Notes: generated by a model not told the origin, from the letters alone. A stretch of 64,000 nucleotides of DNA from an uncultured Solirubrobacterales bacterium (GCA_963703775.1 CAVPFP010000029.1:17105-81104), one strand, 5' to 3'; numbered from the stretch's first letter, positions 1-10,860 are shown. Made by a program: numbers and translations.

Positions 1-958
1 TGGTCGGGACGTCGAAGTTGATCACGTGCGTGACGGTGGAGATGTCGAGCCCGCGCGCCGCAACGTCGGTCGCGACGAGGATCGGCACGCGACCGGCCTT
101 GAAGGCGAGCATGACGCCGTCGCGTTGGCCCTGGCTGAGGTCGCCGTGGAGCGCGCGAACGTTGAGTGCTTTGTCGCGCAGCGTGCGGAACAGCTGGTCG
201 CAGCGAATCTTGGTGCGCACGAAGACAATCGCCTGGTCAGGCTTTTCGGCGTCCAACACCTCGACGAGCTTCGCCGCCTTCTCGCGCGTCTCGATCGGGA
301 GCTGGAACTGCTCAACGGTGTCGATCGTGAGCGTCGCCGCCTTGACCACGACCACCAGCGGGTCGTACATGTAGTGGTCCGCGAGCTTGCGCACAGCGGT
401 CGGCATCGTGGCCGAGAAGAGTGCCGTCTGGCGGCCGGTCGGCGTGGCGGCGAGGATTCGCTCCACGTCCTCGAGGAAGCCCAGGTCGAGCATCTCGTCG
501 GCCTCGTCGAGCACGACGAACCGGCAGTCGGCGAGTTGCAGCGAACCCCGCGAGACGAGGTCGAGGACGCGCCCGACGGTGCCGACCACGACGTGGCCGC
601 CTGTTCGTAGCTGTGCCTCCTGATTGCGAATCGGTGCGCCGCCGAAGACGGCGACGACGTCAACCCCACGCGTGGTGCCATAGGTGCGGATCGCCTGAGT
701 CACCTGGATGCAGAGCTCCCGCGTCGGCGTCAGCACCAGCGCCTGGACGGTCTCGAGCGCCGGGTCGACGTGCTCGATGATCGGGAGACCGAAGGCAGCG
801 GTCTTGCCGGTCCCGGTCTGTGCCTGGCCGATGATGTCTCGCCCAGCCATGAGCGGTGGGATCGCCTGGTCCTGTATCGGGCTCGGAGTTTCGTAGCCGA
901 CCTCGCGCACAGCGGCGAGCACGGGAGCGGACAGACCGAGATCTTCGAAGCTGGCCAT
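1..958 (-). CDS. DEAD-box ATP-dependent RNA helicase (N-terminal ~319 aa; C-terminus lies beyond the window start)
   Basis: Absent from the ORF track because the frame runs off the window edge. My minus-strand translation from ATG 958-956 reads MASFEDLGLSAPVLAAVREVGYETPSPIQDQAIPPLMAGRDIIGQAQTGTGKTAAFGLP..PTRELCIQ..VLDEADEMLDLGF..LFSATMP..ATDVAARGLDI. These are the Q motif and motifs I, Ia, II (DEAD), III and V. Confidence 0.9.
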   Translation of the reverse strand, partial: MASFEDLGLSAPVLAAVREVGYETPSPIQDQAIPPLMAGRDIIGQAQTGTGKTAAFGLPIIEHVDPALETVQALVLTPTRELCIQVTQAIRTYGTTRGVDVVAVFGGAPIRNQEAQLRTGGHVVVGTVGRVLDLVSRGSLQLADCRFVVLDEADEMLDLGFLEDVERILAATPTGRQTALFSATMPTAVRKLADHYMYDPLVVVVKAATLTIDTVEQFQLPIETREKAAKLVEVLDAEKPDQAIVFVRTKIRCDQLFRTLRDKALNVRALHGDLSQGQRDGVMLAFKAGRVPILVATDVAARGLDISTVTHVINFDVPT

Positions 959-1045
959 ATGGCCAGCTTACCCGTCAGCCTGCGCGGCGCCGGACACGAC
1001 ACCGCACGGCGCGACCGAGGACTTGCGCCTATCCTCTCTGCCCGC

Positions 1046-1966
1046 ATGCCAGTGACGGTCGTCGGATCGATTGCGTTCGACTCGGTGCGGACGCCGTTTG
1101 GCGAGCGCGAGCGGATGCTCGGCGGCGCCGCGGTCCACTTCGCCCTCGCCGCCTCGTTCTTCGACGAGGTCCATGTCGTCGGGCCAGTCGGCGAGGACTT
1201 CGGCGAGGCGGAGCTCGACGTGCTGCGCAACCGCAACATCGACACGTCCGGGATCGAGCGCGTCGCAGATGGCAAGACGTTCTTCTGGCGCGCCGAGTAC
1301 GGGTGGGATCTGAATAACCGCGAGACGCTCGAAACCGCGCTGGGGGTATTCGAGCGGTTCGAGCCGAAACTGTCCGAGAAAGCTCGCGCGAGCGACGTGG
1401 TGTTCCTGGCGAACATCCAACCGGACCTGCAACGGCGGGTGCGCGCGCAGTGCCTGGACACCCGCTTCGCCGCGCTCGACACGATGAATCTGTGGATCGA
1501 CACAGCGCGTCCATCGCTCGTCAAGGCGATCAACGAAGTCGATTGCGTGATCATCAACGACGCGGAGCTGCGCCAGCTCGCCGACCGGCCCAGTCTCGTC
1601 GGCGCGGCCCGCGAGATCCTCTCGTGGAGCACGACGCCCGGGCGCGCCGTCGTCGCAAAGCTCGGGGAATACGGCGCCGCGCTGATCACGCGCGACGGGT
1701 ACTTCTCGATCCCGGCATTCCCGCTCGAGACCGTCGTCGATCCGACTGGCGCCGGCGACAGCTTCGCAGGCGGCTTCATCGGCTACATCGCAGCCCAGCG
1801 CGACAAGCCCCTGACGCCAACGCTGCTACGCCGCGCGATGGCCTACGGCACCGCGATCGCCTCATTCAACGTCGAGGAGTTCGGCACCGAGCGCGTGGCC
1901 AGACTGCGAATGGACGAGGTCGATGAGCGCGTCGTCGACCTCAGACGGATGACGGCATTCGCCTAG
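1046..1966 (+). CDS. PfkB-family carbohydrate/nucleoside kinase (ribokinase-like)
   Basis: In-frame ATG at 1046 inside track ORF 770..1966; the upstream part overlaps the helicase start and is low-complexity. Reads MPVTVVGSIAFDSVRTPFG.. and carries the C-terminal DPTGAGDSFAGGF motif typical of ribokinase/PfkB kinases. Confidence 0.85.
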   Translation: MPVTVVGSIAFDSVRTPFGERERMLGGAAVHFALAASFFDEVHVVGPVGEDFGEAELDVLRNRNIDTSGIERVADGKTFFWRAEYGWDLNNRETLETALGVFERFEPKLSEKARASDVVFLANIQPDLQRRVRAQCLDTRFAALDTMNLWIDTARPSLVKAINEVDCVIINDAELRQLADRPSLVGAAREILSWSTTPGRAVVAKLGEYGAALITRDGYFSIPAFPLETVVDPTGAGDSFAGGFIGYIAAQRDKPLTPTLLRRAMAYGTAIASFNVEEFGTERVARLRMDEVDERVVDLRRMTAFA

Positions 1967-2058
1967 CGCCACCGCCCGGCGCTTCGCCGGCGACCGCAAC
2001 CGAGACTCGCCGCGGACGGTGTGCGATCGCGACCGACGGGTAGTACGATCGATGCGGG

Positions 2059-2331
2059 ATGGGCACGTCGAGCTACATCTGGCTTGCGCTGCTATTCAAG
2101 GTGCCGGCGATCGGCTTTGCCTGGCTGGTCTGGCGAGCGCTGCGATCGGACAGCAAGCCGAGCACCGAGCCGCAGGAGGCGTCCGGTGAGGATGGCGGCA
2201 GCAAGCTGCGGCTGCACCCGCGGCCGCGGGTGCCGCGCCCGCCGCGCCGCGGGCCGCACGGAGCCGAGCCGATCGCGCCGCCGCGACGCGTTCGCAGCGT
2301 GAGTGCTCGCGGGCGCGTTGCGAGCCGTTGA
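2059..2331 (+). CDS. hypothetical small membrane protein (one N-terminal hydrophobic helix, Pro/Arg-rich tail)
   Basis: Track ORF 2059..2331 with hydrophobic segment IWLALLFKVPAIGFAWLVW. No recognisable family; the tail is low-complexity, so coding status is uncertain. Confidence 0.3.
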   Translation: MGTSSYIWLALLFKVPAIGFAWLVWRALRSDSKPSTEPQEASGEDGGSKLRLHPRPRVPRPPRRGPHGAEPIAPPRRVRSVSARGRVASR

Positions 2332-2432
2332 GCGCCCCGCCGCGGCCCACCGACGCACGACGACGCGCCCTGTAGAGGCCCGCGTCCCCGATAATCGAGC
2401 CACACGCATACGACAGCGGGAACGGAATTGAG

Positions 2433-3771
<1,339 letters not shown>

Positions 3772-3789
3772 GCCAGCAGCACTCCGCCG

Positions 3790-4449
3790 CTACAGGACGA
3801 GCGCGGAGCCGTTGTGGCGCAGCCAAGCAGCGGCCTCGCGCCAGTGCGGGCAGCGGCGCTCGAGGAGCGCCCAGAAGCGGGCTGAGTGGTCGGGGACCTC
3901 GAGATGGCAGACCTCATGCCAGACGACGTAGTCGAGGACGCGCTCGGGGCCAAGCAACAAACGCCAGTTGAAGCTCATCGCGCCCCCGGCGGCGCAGCTC
4001 GCCCAGCGCGTGCGCTGGTTGCGGATCGCGAGGCTCGTGTAACGGCTCCCGGCGAGCGCGGTCGCGCGGTCGAGGCGCCATGCGATCTCCTCGCGAGCGG
4101 CACGACGGTACCAGCGCTCCACGGCATCGGACGCGCCCTCGCCCTCGGGCACGAGCAGCGTGTCCTCGCGACGATGCACGCGCGATCTACCCGGCTCGGC
4201 GACGATCCGCAAGCGGCCGTCGAGGTAGGGCAGCCAGCCGGCCTCCGGGGCAAGACGGGCGCGGGCGAGCCGGAGCTCGGCGAGCCGCCGGCGGATCCAT
4301 GGGGCGAGCTCGTTCACGGCGGCTGCCGCTGCACGCTCGGGCGTCCGCGGCGGCAGCACCACCTCGACGCCGTGATGCGGATCGATGCGAACCCGCACGC
4401 GCCGCGCACGTGGCGCGCGCCGAACGCGGTATGCGATCTCCGATGCCAC
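3790..4449 (-). CDS. YgjP-like (DUF45 / M48-type) metal-dependent hydrolase
   Basis: Track ORF of 219 aa. C-terminal zinc motif WHEVCHLEVPDHSARFW (HExxH) in the context typical of the YgjP/DUF45 family. Confidence 0.8.
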   Translation of the reverse strand: MASEIAYRVRRAPRARRVRVRIDPHHGVEVVLPPRTPERAAAAAVNELAPWIRRRLAELRLARARLAPEAGWLPYLDGRLRIVAEPGRSRVHRREDTLLVPEGEGASDAVERWYRRAAREEIAWRLDRATALAGSRYTSLAIRNQRTRWASCAAGGAMSFNWRLLLGPERVLDYVVWHEVCHLEVPDHSARFWALLERRCPHWREAAAWLRHNGSALVL

Positions 4450-4462
4450 GCGGGCGCGCAGG

Positions 4463-5386
4463 CTACTGGTTGCCCGCGACGGTTGCCTGGGGCGGACGTA
4501 CCGGGCTATCCCACGGGCGCAGCAACTTGAGCGCCGAGAGGATCGCCCGCGTCGCCGGGGAGCGGTTCAGCGTGTAGAAGTGGATCCCCGGGACGCCGGC
4601 CGCGAGCAGCTCGGCGCACTGGAGGGTCGCGTAAGCGACGCCCAGATCCTGCACGGCGTCCGCGTTATCGGCGCGCTCCTCGAGCGCGGCCCGAAGCGCC
4701 GCCGGGATCGTGATCCCGCCCAGGGCCTTGAAGCGTTCGATCTGACTTGCGCTCGTGATCGGCATGATGCCGGCAACGATCGGTACCTCGATCCCGGCCT
4801 CACGCGCGCGCGCCACGAAGTCGAAGAAGGCCTCGTTCGAGAAGAAGAGGTTGGTGATCAGCACGCGCGCGCCGGCGTCGACCTTCGCCTGCAGGTGGAG
4901 CATGTCGATGTCGCGATCCGCCGCCTCGGGGTGCGTGTCCGGGTAGCAGGCTGCGATTGGACACAGCCCGGCATAGCGGGAGGCGATCAGCGCAACGAGC
5001 TCGGCGGCGTGGCTGAAGCCGTCATCGGTCGCGGCGAACGCGGCGGCACCTGCGGGCGGGTCTCCGCGCAGCGCAAGCACGTTCTCGAGACCAGTACTCG
5101 CGAGCTCTTCGAGCGAGCGCCCGAGCGCAGCGCGCGTCGCGCCTGCGCATGTGATGTGCGCCGCGGCCTCGATGCCTTGCTCGGCGTGGATCCGCTTCAC
5201 GAGGTCGATCGTGTCGGCCTGCGTCGAGGACCCCGTCTTCGTCACGGAGACGAATGCCGGCTCGAGCTCGCGCAGCGCCGCAACCGCCTCGAACAGCTTG
5301 CGCTCGCCCTCCTGCGTCTGCGGCGGGAAGAACTCGAACGAGAAGAGCGGCTCGGTGCGTGTGGCGATCAGCTCATCGACGCGCAT
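4463..5386 (-). CDS. metF: 5,10-methylenetetrahydrofolate reductase
   Basis: Track ORF of 307 aa: ..PLFSFEFFPPQTQEGERKL..FVSVTKTGSST..AAHITC..LALRGDPP.. is a characteristic MetF layout. Confidence 0.9.
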   Translation of the reverse strand: MRVDELIATRTEPLFSFEFFPPQTQEGERKLFEAVAALRELEPAFVSVTKTGSSTQADTIDLVKRIHAEQGIEAAAHITCAGATRAALGRSLEELASTGLENVLALRGDPPAGAAAFAATDDGFSHAAELVALIASRYAGLCPIAACYPDTHPEAADRDIDMLHLQAKVDAGARVLITNLFFSNEAFFDFVARAREAGIEVPIVAGIMPITSASQIERFKALGGITIPAALRAALEERADNADAVQDLGVAYATLQCAELLAAGVPGIHFYTLNRSPATRAILSALKLLRPWDSPVRPPQATVAGNQ

Positions 5387-5429
5387 CGGCGAATTATCGT
5401 GAGCCTCGCAGACCGCAACTAAACTCGCG

Positions 5430-5807
5430 GTGATGGGCCGCCGAGCACGAGGCCGTGGTGACAGCGACGAGCCCGTCGCAGCGACCGCCGTCTACAGCGA
5501 CGCTGATGGCAACACGCTCGTCCTGCGAGGATCGCTCAGCCCGAGAACGCGTGCGCGCTACGCGCGCGTTGCAAAGGGCCAGGGCCTGCCGCCTGGTGCG
5601 ACCCGTGAGGACGCCTGGCAGCGCTCCGTCGAGTTCCTCTTCGAGCACCTCGCGGTCAGCTGGTCGATCGCCGACACGCCGGCGCTGACCCGTCAGAGCG
5701 AGCTGCTCGGGCGCCTGCGTTTCGCGAGCCCCCCCGAGCGAGCCTGGGTCAGGGACTGCCTGCGGGCGCACTGCGCCGATCGCTTTCCCGAGCTCGCAGC
5801 CCCCTAA
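5430..5807 (+). CDS. hypothetical protein
   Basis: Track ORF of 125 aa with protein-like composition (..WQRSVEFLFEHLAVSWSIADTPALTRQSELLGRLRF..). No recognised family. Confidence 0.4.
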   Translation: MMGRRARGRGDSDEPVAATAVYSDADGNTLVLRGSLSPRTRARYARVAKGQGLPPGATREDAWQRSVEFLFEHLAVSWSIADTPALTRQSELLGRLRFASPPERAWVRDCLRAHCADRFPELAAP

Positions 5808-5937
5808 CCGCCCGCTCGCTACCCCGCCGGCGCGCGCCACGTAAGCTTTCGGCCTCGGGGCGGCGGTGCGCTGTGAGGTTGCGGGCGGCCCACGCGTCCT
5901 GACAATCATTCGCCCGCCCAACCGAAACCAGCCGCCA

Positions 5938-7344
5938 ATGCGCCGTACGAAGATCGTCGCCACCATCGGGCCCGCCTCGTGCGAGCCCGACGTGCTGCTG
6001 CAACTCATTGAGGCGGGAATGGACGTCGCGCGGCTCAACTACTCGCACGGATCGCTGGATGAGCACGCCGAGACGGCGGAACGAGTTCGCGAGGCGGCGA
6101 ACCGCGCCGGACGGCCGGTGGCGATCCTCCAGGATCTCCCGGGGCCGAAGCTGCGGATTGGGGCGCTCGTCGACGGAGTCGCGGAGCTCGGTCTGGGCGA
6201 CACCGTGACCTTCGTGTGCGGCACCGAGGAAATCGGCGACCGCCGGCGCATGTCGGTGAGCTGGCAGGGACTGGCTGCGGCGCTCGAGCCGAATGAGATC
6301 CTCTACCTCGCGGACGGGTCGATCCGGTTGCGGGTGCGCGCGACGCGCGCAGCGGAGGGCGAGGTGGACGCGCAGGTCGAGGTCGGCGGCGTCGTCGCTT
6401 CGCGCCAGGGGCTCAACATCCCAGGCCCCGCGGTCGGGTTGCCGGCAGTGCCGGCGGAGGACCTCGACCTGCTCAAGCACGGCGAGTCGATCGGCGTCGA
6501 TCTCGTGGCCCTTTCCTTTGTGCGCTCAGCGAGCGACGTCGAGTTCGTTCGTGGCCACACGACCCTGCCGTTGATCGCCAAGATCGAGAAGCCGCAGGCC
6601 GTCGAGAACATGCACGAGGTCATCCGTGCGGCGGACTGCATGATGGTTGCGCGCGGGGACCTCGGGATCGAGCTGCCGATCGAGCAGGTGCCGCTCGTCC
6701 AGAAGCGTCTGCTGCGTCTTGCGGGGGAGCTCGCGCGACCATCGATTACGGCGACGCAGATGCTCGACTCGATGGTCCGCTCGCCGCGGCCCACCCGCGC
6801 GGAGGCGTCGGACGTCGCGAACGCGATCCTCGACGGAACCGACGCCGTGATGCTCTCGCAGGAGACCGCGGTCGGCGCCTTCCCCGTCGGGGCGGTGGCG
6901 ATGATGTCGGCGATCGCCGAGCAGACCGAGCTTGGCATCGACTACGAGCAGTGGAACGAGCACCGCGTCAAGCGCACCACGCAGGACCCGGCCTACACCG
7001 TCGCCTGGGCGGCCTGCCGGGCCGCCCACGAGCTCGACCTCGACGCGCTCGTCGTGCCGACGCAGAGCGGACGCTCAGCGCGCCTGGTCTCGGCCCACCG
7101 CCCGAACGTGCCGATCTACGCGCTGTCTCCGGAACAAGAGACGGTGCGTCGCTGCGGCCTGATGTGGGGGGTCACAGCGAGCTGGATGCCCCGGCATGAG
7201 GTCGCCGAGGAGCTGATTCGCGACGCCACCGAAACCGTCGTCCGCCTCGGCTGGTGCAAACCGGGCCAGCGTGTCGGCATCACGGCGGGGATGCCGAGCG
7301 GCACACCCGGCACGACGAGCCTGCTCCAGATCCAGCGCGTCTAG
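5938..7344 (+). CDS. pyk: pyruvate kinase
   Basis: In-frame ATG at 5938 within track ORF 5866..7344: MRRTKIVATIGPAS..ARLNYSHGS..ILQDLPGPKLRIG..MVARGDLGIELP..TQMLDSM.. Confidence 0.95.
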   Translation: MRRTKIVATIGPASCEPDVLLQLIEAGMDVARLNYSHGSLDEHAETAERVREAANRAGRPVAILQDLPGPKLRIGALVDGVAELGLGDTVTFVCGTEEIGDRRRMSVSWQGLAAALEPNEILYLADGSIRLRVRATRAAEGEVDAQVEVGGVVASRQGLNIPGPAVGLPAVPAEDLDLLKHGESIGVDLVALSFVRSASDVEFVRGHTTLPLIAKIEKPQAVENMHEVIRAADCMMVARGDLGIELPIEQVPLVQKRLLRLAGELARPSITATQMLDSMVRSPRPTRAEASDVANAILDGTDAVMLSQETAVGAFPVGAVAMMSAIAEQTELGIDYEQWNEHRVKRTTQDPAYTVAWAACRAAHELDLDALVVPTQSGRSARLVSAHRPNVPIYALSPEQETVRRCGLMWGVTASWMPRHEVAEELIRDATETVVRLGWCKPGQRVGITAGMPSGTPGTTSLLQIQRV

Positions 7345-7616
7345 CGCTGCGGTGCCCCTCCTCGGGCTCGGGGTGATGTGGCGAAGGCGTGCTGGTCGGG
7401 GGCTCCTCGCTTGGCTTGTCACGCGAGCGATGTGACGCGGCGTGAGTGCTTGGAGTTGCGTGCGCGGCCGCTTGGTGGGCGGAAGCTGCGCAGCTCCAGG
7501 CTGGGCGCGGCGGACGCCGCGTGACCGTGCGCGGCCGGTACCGGCGGTACGCGGGATGAGCCTGGCGAGGATGACGGCCCCACGCGGACGCTCACATCAC
7601 GCGCATGCAAGGGCCG

Positions 7617-8990
7617 TCACCGTAGCCCGTAGGCTGCCTCGGCGCGTCCAAGCTCGGTGACCGGCGGCTCGTCGAAGATCCACTCGCGCGCGATCCGGTG
7701 CCAGTTCGCGCTCGCGCGTAGCTGGGAGATGACGGCAAGGGTGAGCGTCTCGGTGCGGCGGCCAAAGAGGTGCTCGCGCGGAAGGTTCTCGTGACGCATC
7801 TGCTGATAGTGGCGTGAGCGCGGATCGGACATGTCGATGATCACCTGTGTCGCGACCTCCGGCGTCAGCGCGACCTCGGCGTCCCGCGTGTACCACCACG
7901 TGACGTCGAAGAACTGCTGGCGGATCTGCTCCGCCGTGTAGCGATTCGCATCACGCAGAAAGCCGCCGGCGCGCAGCTGCTCGAGCAGGCCGTCGGTGTC
8001 GCCGAGGATCGCGCGGCGGGCGAGCGCGAGCTCGAACTCAGCCACCGAGGCCTCGATCCGCTTGAACAGGCCGAAGTCGAGGAAGGCGACGCGCCCGTCG
8101 TCGAGTAGGAGGAAATTGCCCGGGTGCGGGTCGCCCGAGAACTGGTGGTGGCGATACATGCAGCCGAAGTAGAAGCGAAAGATGATCTCGCCGAGGCGGT
8201 TGCGCTCGTCCTGCGGGCGCAGCTTCAGCTCCTCGAAGCCGCTCCCCTGGACGTACTCGCTGACGAGGACGCGCTCGGAGGAGTGGCTCGAGATCACCTC
8301 CGGCACGAGGATGAACGGGTGCTCACGATAAAGGCGCGCGAGAGCGCGCTGGTTCGCGGCCTCGAGCTCGTAGTCGAGCTCCTCGCTGATGCGCTCGCGC
8401 ACCTCCTCGGCGATGTCCTTCGCGTCGAGCTCCGGCGCGAGGCGGGCCATCAACCGCACGAGCATGCCGAAGTTCTGGAGATCCGCACGAACGGCCGCCG
8501 CCGCGCCCGGATACTGGACCTTCACCGCGACCACGCGGCCGTCGTGGAGGCGGGCGCGGTACACCTGGCCAATCGACGCGGCCGCGATCGGCTCGCTGTC
8601 GAACTCGGCGAAGCTTTCTTCGAGGGGCTCGTCGCGCTCGGACTCGATCACGCCCCGTATCTCCGCGAACGGAACCGCGGGCGCACTGTCGCGGAGCTCC
8701 GCGAGCTTGCGCTGGAACTCGTCGCGGAACTCCTCCGGAACGAGCCCGACGTCGAGGAACGACATGACCTGCCCGAGCTTCATCGCGGCGCCCTTCATCG
8801 TCCCGAGCACCGCGACGATCTGTTCAGCGGTCTCGAGGTGTCGCCTTTCGAGCGCTTCGCGGCTTGCCTCCTCGCTGCGGACCACGTTCGCGGCGCGGGT
8901 CGCAAGCTGCTTGACCGCGGTCCCGGTCGCGAGCCGACCGATCGTCGCCGAGCGCTGCAGGCGCGAGGTGGGGATGTCCTCGCGGGCCAT
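7617..8990 (-). CDS. ABC1/UbiB (AarF) atypical kinase family protein
   Basis: Track ORF 7617..9038: ..MKLGQVMSFLDVGLVPEEF..PIAAASIGQVYRARLHDGRVVAVKVQYPG..DYELEAAN.. The ATG at 8990 avoids overlap with the upstream gene; 9038 is an alternative start. Confidence 0.85.
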   Translation of the reverse strand: MAREDIPTSRLQRSATIGRLATGTAVKQLATRAANVVRSEEASREALERRHLETAEQIVAVLGTMKGAAMKLGQVMSFLDVGLVPEEFRDEFQRKLAELRDSAPAVPFAEIRGVIESERDEPLEESFAEFDSEPIAAASIGQVYRARLHDGRVVAVKVQYPGAAAAVRADLQNFGMLVRLMARLAPELDAKDIAEEVRERISEELDYELEAANQRALARLYREHPFILVPEVISSHSSERVLVSEYVQGSGFEELKLRPQDERNRLGEIIFRFYFGCMYRHHQFSGDPHPGNFLLLDDGRVAFLDFGLFKRIEASVAEFELALARRAILGDTDGLLEQLRAGGFLRDANRYTAEQIRQQFFDVTWWYTRDAEVALTPEVATQVIIDMSDPRSRHYQQMRHENLPREHLFGRRTETLTLAVISQLRASANWHRIAREWIFDEPPVTELGRAEAAYGLR

Positions 8991-8997
8991 CGCGGAG

Positions 8998-9753
8998 CTA
9001 GTCGAGCCGCTGCACGCGGGAGCCGGGGACGATGTCATCGCTGCCGTCAGGCCAGCGGATCCATGCCTTGGTGCCCCCGTCGTAGTCCGGCGCGAGCAGG
9101 ATCAGCGTCGCCGGCTCACCGAGGGCCAGGCACGACTCACCGCCCTCGCCGTCGAGCCCGCGCCAGACCCGGATGAACGGGTTGCGAGCCCACTCGTGGC
9201 CGATCGTTGTCGTGTCGCTGTGGCCAGGTTGGATCACCGTTTCGTGAGGAAGCTCCATCAGGGTGCCCATGATCGAGTCCTTGAGCGCCTGATAGGTCCC
9301 GTGACCAGGAGCGCGGACGCCGCCGACCGATTCGCGAAAGAGCGTGTCACCGGTGAACACCGCGCCGTCCGCGCCGTCTGTGACGAGGAAGGACAACATG
9401 CCCAGCGTGTGCCCGGGCGTGTGGAGCGGGCGGATTCGAAGAGACCCGACGCTCAGCTCCTCCCCGGCTGCGATCGTCCCGGTCGCCCCGGGCACGAGCT
9501 CGCGTTCGAGCTCATGGATCAGCACCGGCGCAGCGGGCCAATGGCGGGTCAGCGAGGCCACGCCGGCGACATGATCACCGTGGTGGTGGGTCAGCAGGAT
9601 CAGGCTTGGCGTGACGCCGCGGCGCGCCGCGGCTTCGACGAGCGGTTCGACCGGCGGGCCAGCGTCGATCACCACCGCAGTGCCACCCGCCTCGTCGAGC
9701 ACGAGATAGCAGTTGGAGCGCAAAGCGGGGTTGGTTGCGCGCTCAACGATCAT
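8998..9753 (-). CDS. MBL-fold metallo-hydrolase (glyoxalase II / hydroxyacylglutathione hydrolase-like)
   Basis: Track ORF of 251 aa with the THHHGDH metal motif, ..HTPGHT.. and ..GDTLF.. Confidence 0.85.
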   Translation of the reverse strand: MIVERATNPALRSNCYLVLDEAGGTAVVIDAGPPVEPLVEAAARRGVTPSLILLTHHHGDHVAGVASLTRHWPAAPVLIHELERELVPGATGTIAAGEELSVGSLRIRPLHTPGHTLGMLSFLVTDGADGAVFTGDTLFRESVGGVRAPGHGTYQALKDSIMGTLMELPHETVIQPGHSDTTTIGHEWARNPFIRVWRGLDGEGGESCLALGEPATLILLAPDYDGGTKAWIRWPDGSDDIVPGSRVQRLD

Positions 9754-9776
9754 CGGACCGCCCTACACTGCGCGAC

Positions 9777-10169
9777 ATGGGCTTCCTCCACACGTGCTAC
9801 AGGATCACAGACATCGATCGATCGGTGGCGTTCTATCGTGCGCTCGGCTTCGAGGAGGTGCGGCGCATGCCGATCCGGGACGAGGCGATCAACGTTTTCA
9901 TGACGATCCCCGGGGACGGAGATGAGCCGCGACTCGAGCTCACCTACAACTTCGGCGTAGACCGCTACGAGCTCGGTAGCGCCTACGGCCACATCGCCAT
10001 TACCGCAGGCGAGCTCGACGACACGCTCGAGCGCCTCGCGGACCTCGGAATCGAGCCGGAGCGCCCGCCCTACCGGGTCAACGAGGGCGGCTCGCGGATC
10101 TGCTTCGTCCGCGACCCGGACGGCTACCGGATCGAGCTCATCGAACGCTCGGGCGACGGCGACGACTGA
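9777..10169 (+). CDS. gloA: lactoylglutathione lyase (glyoxalase I, VOC fold)
   Basis: ATG at 9777 within track ORF 9735..10169: MGFLHTCYRITDIDRSVAFYRALGF..LELTYNFG..YGHIAI..FVRDPDGYRIELIE. It is divergent from the glyoxalase II-like gene. Confidence 0.85.
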   Translation: MGFLHTCYRITDIDRSVAFYRALGFEEVRRMPIRDEAINVFMTIPGDGDEPRLELTYNFGVDRYELGSAYGHIAITAGELDDTLERLADLGIEPERPPYRVNEGGSRICFVRDPDGYRIELIERSGDGDD

Positions 10170-10171
10170 GC

Positions 10172-10411
10172 CTCGTCACCCGGTTCTTCGCCACCCTCGG
10201 CGAGGAGACGAAGATTCACAAGTTCGAGCCGCATGAGCTCATCGCCCAAGGCGACGATGTGGTCGTGTTGATCACCGCTGAGTTCACGGTGAAGCGCACC
10301 GGCCGCAAGGTCAGCGATCACCTGGTGCACGGCTGGACCTTCAAGGGCGGCAAGCTCGCGCATTTCGAGGCCTTCCGGGACACCGCCGCGATCGTCGCCG
10401 CCTACAGCTGA
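10172..10411 (+). pseudogene. 5-prime-truncated SnoaL/NTF2-like gene remnant
   Basis: No start codon. The frame with codons from 10172 and stop TGA 10409-10411 translates to LVTRFFATLGEETKIHKFEPHELIAQGDDVVVLITAEFTVKRTGRKVSDHLVHGWTFKGGKLAHFEAFRDTAAIVAAYS. This resembles the C-terminal two thirds of a SnoaL-like protein. Upstream in that frame there is only Arg-rich nonsense overlapping gloA. Confidence 0.5.
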
Positions 10412-10559
10412 CGTCGCAGGCCAGCCCCGGTCGGCACCGCCTGACCGCCGCCAGGAATTCACACCCGAGTGCCTGCCGCGGTATAGGCTCGCGCTCGGCA
10501 CGACCGTACGGCGCACAGCACCCGCTGTGCAGTCACCCCCAACGGATGAGAGGATCGCG

Positions 10560-10835
10560 ATGGCGACGTCCTATTACTTCACCCCTGAAGGCTTCACGCC
10601 CGCGAAATACGATGAGACGCTCAGGAAGCTCGAGGAGGCCGGCGCCGGAGCACCGAAGGGGCGCACGTATCACGCGGCGCTCGAGAGCGACGGCCACATC
10701 CAGGTCTTTGACATCTGGGAGTCTCAGGCGGACTTCGAAGCGTTCGGCGCGACCCTGGTGCCGATCATGGCCGAGCTCGGTGTCGATCCAGGCACGCCGA
10801 TGACGGCGCCCGTGCACAACGTAATCGAGGGCTGA
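10560..10835 (+). CDS. hypothetical small protein (91 aa)
   Basis: ATG at 10560 preceded by GAGAGGA (RBS-like), within track ORF 10527..10835. Composition is protein-like (..HIQVFDIWESQADFEAFGATLVPIMAELGVDPG..). Confidence 0.5.
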   Translation: MATSYYFTPEGFTPAKYDETLRKLEEAGAGAPKGRTYHAALESDGHIQVFDIWESQADFEAFGATLVPIMAELGVDPGTPMTAPVHNVIEG

Positions 10836-10860
10836 GCGAGACGCCGCCGCTCACGGAGGT

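Noticed and set aside
22-681. Track ORFs 22..681 (-), 18..374 (+), 26..610 (+) and others at the window start
   Set aside because: Their composition is low-complexity Arg/Ser/Ala. The true gene is the DEAD-box helicase in another minus-strand frame that runs off the window edge.
7345-7616. Unusually long (272 nt) spacer between convergent pyk and the ABC1 kinase gene; checked for tRNA, small RNA or terminator
   Set aside because: I found no cloverleaf-compatible sequence and no T-loop (GTTCGAATC-like) motif. Only short weak stems are present, and no convincing ORF. It is left unassigned.
8124-9903. 350- and 504-aa plus-strand ORFs
   Set aside because: They are antisense to the ABC1 kinase and MBL hydrolase genes, low-complexity, and have no motifs.
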